A stretch of 13,947 bases of DNA from Desulfurococcaceae archaeon. Lineage in GTDB: Archaea; Thermoproteota; Thermoprotei_A; Sulfolobales; Desulfurococcaceae. The stretch covers positions 1 through 13,947 of the forward strand of contig JAWAJB010000023.1 of assembly GCA_038888155.1 (NCBI GenBank). Direction: 5' to 3'. Under the pieces are notes generated by a model, which was not told the DNA's origin, searched no databases, and worked only from the letters and a program-made list of their open reading frames with translations. Positions 8,836 through 13,947 of this stretch are shown here, piece by piece. A program made the translations under genes and the position numbers. How positions within the stretch are numbered: position 1 is the first letter of the stretch; the number at the start of each line of letters is the position of its first letter.

Positions 8836-11806
8836 AATCATGCACCCCAAGCTGAAATGCTGGCGAAATAACCCTTTCGCAGAGGCGCCTCTCCGGATCA
8901 TCATCTGGCAGAACCCTAGAAAATATTCTTGCAAGGGAAAGTGCCTCATTAACCTGCTCCGGATAATTTTCGCGAAGCTTCTCAAGCCTACGCATATATT
9001 CAGCCGCGGAGTAAGCAGTCGCGTAGTACTCAAGCACGTGGAGCACGTCCACAGCGCATCTTACTTTGGGCTCCTCAGAAACACCGATGCCTCTGGCCTC
9101 AAGGAGCTCCGCAATTTTAGTCTTCTCCACAGAAAGCGGCTCAAGAAGAATGAGGGTCTTAGCCTTAGCCACCTTAGCGCCAGCCTCTTCTTTAACCTCC
9201 TTTAGCAGCTTCCATTCTTTTAAGGCCACTTTCACATCCAGCGATGTCCCTATAGAGAGGAGCCTGAGGTCTGTGCTCTCGATTATCTTCCTCCGCGCTC
9301 CGGCGATCAGGCATTTTGCGAGCATGTAGAACATAGCGTCTGGGCTCCTAACACCATCTTTAATCTCGGCTCTTCTGGCGAAGGCCTTTGCGAGACCTAT
9401 AGAGGCTGCCGGGTAAACGTAATCGTCAACGAGCTCGTCAACGCTGAGCCTACCAAGCGATATGACCTCCCTGTAGCTTGTTGCCGTTGTAAGGGCCGCT
9501 GCAAGCGTGTTTATGAAGAGGTCTCTTCCTGTGACTCCTAATTCTATGAGGCGCATAGCCCTCTCGGCGGCGGCCTCAATCATCTTATCATATAGCTTGG
9601 ATGCCTCTATGGCGCCAGAGGCACCTTTACGCCACACAACCACTATGCTAGTGTCCATTGAGAGCTTGCCTCGCTTAACAACGCTCTGAGCAGACTCGGT
9701 CGTTATCGGAAAAGCGTTGGTGACCCTTAAGCCAGCCGCCTCCCACCCAGCCTTAAGCAGAGCCTTCCAAGCGTCAGGATCAGTATGCGCATAATATGTC
9801 ACAAGCAAACCGCTATCCTCAAGCCTAGAGGCCATAGTAACGAATGAAGCATTCAGTAAATTCTGGAAGTGTCTAACTCCGTCTTCATATGTAGCTGACG
9901 CGCCGAGTCTGGGCGGATTAAGGCTAACCTCGCACAATGCATACTTCTCCCACTGCGTCGAAACCTCAATCCAGTTGTCGCCGACCTTCTCAAAGAAAGC
10001 TTCAGGTAGGAAGCGCGGAACAAGCCTACCATCTTCAACGTCGCTCAAAGCCCTCTTAAGCCAAACATAATAGAAGTCGCTAAGCTCAGCATAAGGAACA
10101 TCATCATAGTAAGGTGGATCGGTAATAGTCAAAGTGAATTTTTTATTAGGGCCTATCTTTCCTAAAACAGTTGCATCTTCTAACGAAACATTAACTTTAA
10201 TAGAAGATTGTTTGTTAACATCTGAGGTGAGATACGTTAAACTGCGAATAATAGCGCTAAACGATTTTCTCCAGGAGCCAGCTAATTCTTTAAAGGGATT
10301 TGCGTCAACCCAATTCCATTGCATCGCTATACCTCTCTCAGACATACTTTCGCCTATTTTAATCCACACTCCATCCCATCTATTCACTACAGAATTGAGG
10401 TAAGTGAGTTTGCATAGCGCTATTGTCAAGTACACTATTATTGCTTCTACGTATTGTTGTGTTTCTTCTTTAGTGCACCTTTCTTTCAGCACCGCTTCTT
10501 CGATTTTCTTGCCCGCCTCGCGTATTAGTTTGACGAGTCTGACGAGTGTTAAAAGCTGACGAGGATTAAACAGCTTATAGAACTTATTAAATCCCCAAAT
10601 CCATATACTTAGACAACCTCCACCGCTAGCAGTATAGCACCATAAATTCTCTATAGGTATGTCTGGATCGCCTTCTTTTAGCATTTTTTCTATTTCTTTT
10701 TTTGCTAGTTCGAGTTTTTGTTGGTCTTTTTGTGTGCATGGCTCGAACTCTAGGTCGCCGTTTTTTACTTTCACTTTTACGAGTAGCTTTTGTCTTGCTA
10801 GGGGTGTTATGTCTTCTTGTTCTAGGCTTTGGTTGTAAGTTTTTATGGCATGTTTCACGTAGCCTTCGAGTCTCTCTTTGACTTCTTTAGGTAGATTCTT
10901 TTTTTCGGTGTAGTGTCTTCCAGTCTGAGGATCCACTTGCATTATTGGCTGGTGGCAGAGTAGGCAGACGGCTTTTTCGCTTCGTGCGTTGATGTTGCTT
11001 TCTGGGACTCTGAACTTCTTATCGTTGATTAGAATTGTTGAGCCGGAGACTTTTGCGCCGTTAACTGCTTTGTCTCCTAATTTTTTGTTTAAGTCGACAA
11101 CCTTGATTTTGACTTCTTCGCCTTCTACTACGGGTTCCATCCATGCCAGCCGCTCGTAGCTGTTTTTGTTTTTGACTCTTGCAAGCCACCAGTTTCCGAC
11201 GAGTGGGGTCCAGCGTTCGCAGTGGGGGCACTTGATCTCCCATGAACCTATGTAGACGGCTACGTCCTCATCGTAAAGCTCTCTTATAAGGGGGTCTTCT
11301 TTGAGCCGTTCGGTGACCCATTTCCCCCAGCGTTCCACATCTTCCACGAGTTTTCTGCCGTATTTTGCTGGGTACTCTAGCACGGCCTTGAGGAAGATGT
11401 AGGCTGTTGGGAGGAGTTCGACGGCGGTTGTGTTTAGTCCTAGGCGTATTGCTTCAAGTGGTATGGAGCCGAATCCGGCGAAGGGGTCGAGTAGTTTGAT
11501 TCCATTAAACCTGTATGACGGGGGGTTGTTGTGTGCGGACTTTTTCTTGCCGCTTATCCCGATACCTCTTAGGAAGGTGCTTGGGCTTGTGTCCTCGGGA
11601 AGAAGGCAGCCTGCAATGATTGCTCTGGCGGAGATGAGTGGCTTCCTAGTCCACCAGAAGACCATTTCCCAGTGGGGTGGCCTTCCAGGCCCCTTCTCAA
11701 CGCTTGAAGCCTCGCTAACTTTGTCCCAGGGGAACTTGTAGGACTCTATAAATGCTTTAGGTGGAACCCCAGTAGTTTCATCGATTAGCTTGGTTTGTCC
11801 ATTCAA
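8813..11806 (-). CDS. DUF1156-family N6-adenine DNA methyltransferase with Zn-ribbon insertion (997 aa)
   Basis: N-terminal WWTRKPL (DUF1156 WWARRP-like), SAM-binding motif I DPFAGFGSIP (~11460-11488), CPHC (11219-11230) and CLLC (10955-10966) cysteine pairs, catalytic TDPPYY (DPPY 10109-10120) followed by YAELSDFYYVWLKR. TTG start preceded by SD-like GGAGGGAGTGA. Confidence 0.92.
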   Translation of the reverse strand: MNGQTKLIDETTGVPPKAFIESYKFPWDKVSEASSVEKGPGRPPHWEMVFWWTRKPLISARAIIAGCLLPEDTSPSTFLRGIGISGKKKSAHNNPPSYRFNGIKLLDPFAGFGSIPLEAIRLGLNTTAVELLPTAYIFLKAVLEYPAKYGRKLVEDVERWGKWVTERLKEDPLIRELYDEDVAVYIGSWEIKCPHCERWTPLVGNWWLARVKNKNSYERLAWMEPVVEGEEVKIKVVDLNKKLGDKAVNGAKVSGSTILINDKKFRVPESNINARSEKAVCLLCHQPIMQVDPQTGRHYTEKKNLPKEVKERLEGYVKHAIKTYNQSLEQEDITPLARQKLLVKVKVKNGDLEFEPCTQKDQQKLELAKKEIEKMLKEGDPDIPIENLWCYTASGGGCLSIWIWGFNKFYKLFNPRQLLTLVRLVKLIREAGKKIEEAVLKERCTKEETQQYVEAIIVYLTIALCKLTYLNSVVNRWDGVWIKIGESMSERGIAMQWNWVDANPFKELAGSWRKSFSAIIRSLTYLTSDVNKQSSIKVNVSLEDATVLGKIGPNKKFTLTITDPPYYDDVPYAELSDFYYVWLKRALSDVEDGRLVPRFLPEAFFEKVGDNWIEVSTQWEKYALCEVSLNPPRLGASATYEDGVRHFQNLLNASFVTMASRLEDSGLLVTYYAHTDPDAWKALLKAGWEAAGLRVTNAFPITTESAQSVVKRGKLSMDTSIVVVWRKGASGAIEASKLYDKMIEAAAERAMRLIELGVTGRDLFINTLAAALTTATSYREVISLGRLSVDELVDDYVYPAASIGLAKAFARRAEIKDGVRSPDAMFYMLAKCLIAGARRKIIESTDLRLLSIGTSLDVKVALKEWKLLKEVKEEAGAKVAKAKTLILLEPLSVEKTKIAELLEARGIGVSEEPKVRCAVDVLHVLEYYATAYSAAEYMRRLEKLRENYPEQVNEALSLARIFSRVLPDDDPERRLCERVISPAFQLGVHDYGPAQPV

Positions 11807-11809
11807 AAA

Positions 11810-12019
11810 TCACTCCCTCCAACTCTCCTTATAACGGTACCAATTTAACAGTTTGACTGACGCTATCAGCTTGTCATTTCCAACTATACTCTTGTATTTG
11901 GCATAATTTTGGGGAGAATTAATTTCGGCGTTAGAATGCCTATATTTACTCATAGTCAGGCACCATATTGTTGAAGTTGTTATGTGCGCGTATTTAAACT
12001 TAATTTTTTGATAATTCAT
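11810..12019 (-). CDS. Small hypothetical ORF or 3' remnant of a gene upstream of the methyltransferase (69 aa)
   Basis: Its stop sits within the methylase SD, 3 nt before the TTG start, and a TATA-like element lies 20-27 nt upstream of its ATG. No recognisable family. Confidence 0.3.
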   Translation of the reverse strand: MNYQKIKFKYAHITTSTIWCLTMSKYRHSNAEINSPQNYAKYKSIVGNDKLIASVKLLNWYRYKESWRE

Positions 12020-12055
12020 TTTTTATTAAAAACATGCAATTTTAAAATTTAATAA
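11990..12055 (-). promoter_or_regulatory. Putative archaeal promoter region of the defence operon
   Basis: Very AT-rich tract with TATA-like TTTAAAAT (~12046-12039, inside palindrome AATTTTAAAATT 12038-12049) and TTTAAATA (11998-11991) upstream of the operon. Confidence 0.35.
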
Positions 12056-12659
12056 GAAGCACGCATTGACGAGTGGAAGGTTTGTCTCTGAGGCGCGTCT
12101 GGGGGCTTTATTTTTATATGAAATCTTGGGGGCCTATCGGTGAGCTACGTGAGCTTACCTGGGGGTGTCTTGTCATAGAGGGAATTTGAAAGGGATTGTG
12201 GAGTTTTCATGAACATCTGATCGGCTGTACCTGCGGTCGCTTCTTTGAAGGTGACTTGGCTGGTATTTCTCTAGGCCTCAGAAGGGTGATTGGTCTCTTT
12301 TTAGCGATATGTTTTTCGGGGTGTAGGAAGCGGCTTCCCCGAATAACGTTTGGATGAACTATGTAGTTCTTTAATTTGAATCTCGGATGGGGTTGGTTGG
12401 ACTTGTTGGGGGGCTTTCTTGCTTGTTGATTATCTTGAAGTGTGGAGGAGCGAAAAAGCTTAGTTTTCTCTTCTGAAATTGGGGATTCCTTTATAGGAAC
12501 TCGGTATATTGCTTGATTTATGTGTTCTACGTGATGTTCTTTTTAGTGTTAATGCGTGAGGGGGTTCTTCGTTGAGGTGACATGCGACATTAGGCAGAAT
12601 TGGTCTTGAAAGGTCATACGTGGATGAGGGACCTATTGTTTTAACGATAAATTTCACTA

Positions 12660-12820
12660 TTGCGAGTTGCTTTTTCTTCTTTCTATGAAATCGTTGATTG
12701 CGTTTTAGAGTTTCCCGTTTCGCTCTTCGGCTTCAGTCTAAGTTTTTTGAAGCATTCTCGCTTGTAGGACCCGGGGGACTATGTTCGCCTTGCTTGCAGA
12801 TTTTGACTAAGTTTCTATAA
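12660..12820 (-). pseudogene. Possible decayed AbrB-type antitoxin
   Basis: Frame-shifted fragments LVKICKQG, IVP and RECFKKLRLKPKSE resemble the AbrB consensus VKV.KQG.I.IP..IR.KL.LKPG. Confidence 0.3.
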
Positions 12821-12999
12821 ACTTTACTCGAGTAGTTTTTCGTGGCTCATGAGGGTTTCAGTAGTGTTAACAGGGTTTTGAGGGCTCCTGTCAGCTGGGG
12901 CCTTTTTCTAGCATTTTGTAGAGTCAATTTTCATCTTAGGCTTTGGATGGTGCGCGCTTTGCCGCTTTTCCGGGGTCCTTTGCCAAATTGATTAGTGTG

Positions 13000-13180
13000 T
13001 TTAAAAATCCCCTTCATGGGGGGCCACCACCCTGACGTGAATGGTTCCACCTTTCGTTGTCATAGCTGGGGTATTGTGTTGCTGTCTGGCGGTTCTTCGT
13101 CAGCTAGGGGCTCGTCTTTAGTTTTTAAGTGTTAGGGTGTTTGCTTCCGGGTCGTATCTTACGGCTGAATCCGTTTTCAT
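13000..13180 (-). pseudogene. DUF2283-like antitoxin pseudogene
   Basis: ATG 13180: MKTDSAVRYDPEANTLTLK, then after frameshifts KDEPLADEEPPDSNTI and SYDNE. This parallels the DUF2283 pattern YDPEAD.LYI.L...D.E.....I..DYD..G. The 3' end is approximate. Confidence 0.6.
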
Positions 13181-13184
13181 ACTT

Positions 13185-13410
13185 CTTCTGTCTGCGAGCG
13201 ACGTCCTTGGGCTCTTGCCGCATACTGCTGTTACAGTGGTGTTTTTCTTTTGTTTTGTAAACTACGGCTATCCTGCCTAGATCTCAAAGCAGTCTTTAAG
13301 TGACTGAGTTGGATGGGCTGTTAATGTGAAGGTGTTCTTTGGACGAGCAATTTGCCGCTTTCTCTTCCTTTACGCGTCTTTATAACTAAGCTTAGCGTGT
13401 TTAACGTACG
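13185..13410 (-). pseudogene. DUF4258-like (BrnT/RelE-type) toxin remnant
   Basis: Fragments YVKHAK, IAVVYKTKEK and TVTAV occur in order in different frames directly upstream of the DUF2283-like remnant, the usual partner arrangement. Boundaries approximate. Confidence 0.4.
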
Positions 13411-13724
13411 CCCAGTCTCTTTTGTTTTCGCGGTGTTTTCTTTTCTCTGAGCTTTAATGCTTAAAATTCTACATCTCGCTTGTGGATGTTTGGATTGTTT
13501 GGAAGAGTAAGTTGATGGAGGGAGGAATGTTACGAGGTTTATAGGGAGGGATGAAATGTTTTAGGGTGAGCGTGTGAATTTGTTGTGTGTCCTCTTTTAG
13601 TGTCGTTTGTTTGGAGCTGTCTGCTATTTTTCCCTTGAAGGGTGCCTGTTTGTGTTTTGTTCTTGGAATGTGGTTTGTTTTTTTGGGTGTAGTGGCTGTG
13701 TGTTTTGTGTCGTAATTGTTATTA

Positions 13725-13759
13725 GTCTGTGTTTATCTGGTTTTTTCTGGTGAGGTCGG
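13725..13759 (+). promoter_or_regulatory. Putative TATA box and SD of the AbrB-type gene
   Basis: TTTATC at 13732-13737, about 25 nt before the ATG, and GGTGAGG at 13749-13755. Confidence 0.35.
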
Positions 13760-13947
13760 ATGCAGGCTGTTGGTAAGGTTGGGAAGAGGATGGTTTTGTA
13801 TCCGCCTAGGGAGCTTCTGGAGAAGCTTGGTTTTAGTGAGGGGTGTGATGTGGTTTTCAGGGTTGAGGGGGATAGGCTTGTAGTGGAGAAGGTTGAAAAC
13901 TTGTGGGAGCTTGCTCTCCGCTCGCGTAAGTGGGCTAAAACTAGTGT
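13760..13947 (+). CDS. AbrB/MazE/SpoVT-family DNA-binding protein (probable VapB-type antitoxin), partial at right edge
   Basis: SD GGTGAGG (13749-13755) then ATG 13760: MQAVGKVGKRMVLYPPRELLEKLGFSEGCDVVFRVEGDRLVVEKVENLWELALRSRKWAKTS..., a swapped-hairpin AbrB pattern, open to the window end. Confidence 0.85.
   Translation, partial: MQAVGKVGKRMVLYPPRELLEKLGFSEGCDVVFRVEGDRLVVEKVENLWELALRSRKWAKTS

Noticed and set aside
8836-9033. 66-aa N-terminal extension of the ATPase ORF
   Set aside because: It lies wholly within the methylase gene in another frame. An SD-supported ATG exists at 8835.
6515-11243. Short minus-strand alternate-frame ORFs (6515-6745, 9853-10038, 11061-11243)
   Set aside because: Nested out of frame within well-supported genes with no independent evidence.
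873-11741. Numerous plus-strand ORFs of 60-154 aa (e.g. 3554-3994, 4552-5016, 6053-6508, 8777-9205)
   Set aside because: They are antisense shadows of long minus-strand genes, mostly Ser/Leu-rich, with no motifs or SD support.
12460-12657. 65-aa minus-strand ORF
   Set aside because: No recognisable family or SD. It lies in a decayed, skewed region and is probably a chance frame.
13560-13745. GT-rich low-complexity tract considered as a repeat array or CRISPR
   Set aside because: No recurring unit or regular spacing is visible. It is explained by strand skew.

Overview
Archaeal-looking accessory/defence island. The core is a tightly coupled minus-strand operon: DUF1156-type N6-adenine DNA methyltransferase (11806-8813), DUF499-type P-loop ATPase with a C-terminal Ig-like domain (8835-5482), a decayed small gene (5480-5062), SNF2/HepA-type helicase fused to a DUF3883-type PD-(D/E)XK nuclease (5046-2071), and an RNase J-like metallo-beta-lactamase/beta-CASP nuclease (2078-861). 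This resembles the bacterial 'restriction-like' DUF499/DUF3780/DUF1156/SNF2 system, but here a beta-CASP nuclease is appended and the small subunit is broken. The methyltransferase gene is a compositional mosaic. The left edge has a 5'-decayed NurA-like gene. The right flank has decayed toxin-antitoxin modules (DUF4258/DUF2283-like, AbrB-like) and an AbrB/MazE-type antitoxin gene running off the window. No rRNA, tRNA, CRISPR array or transposase was seen. All family assignments are from motif recognition by eye, not database searches.
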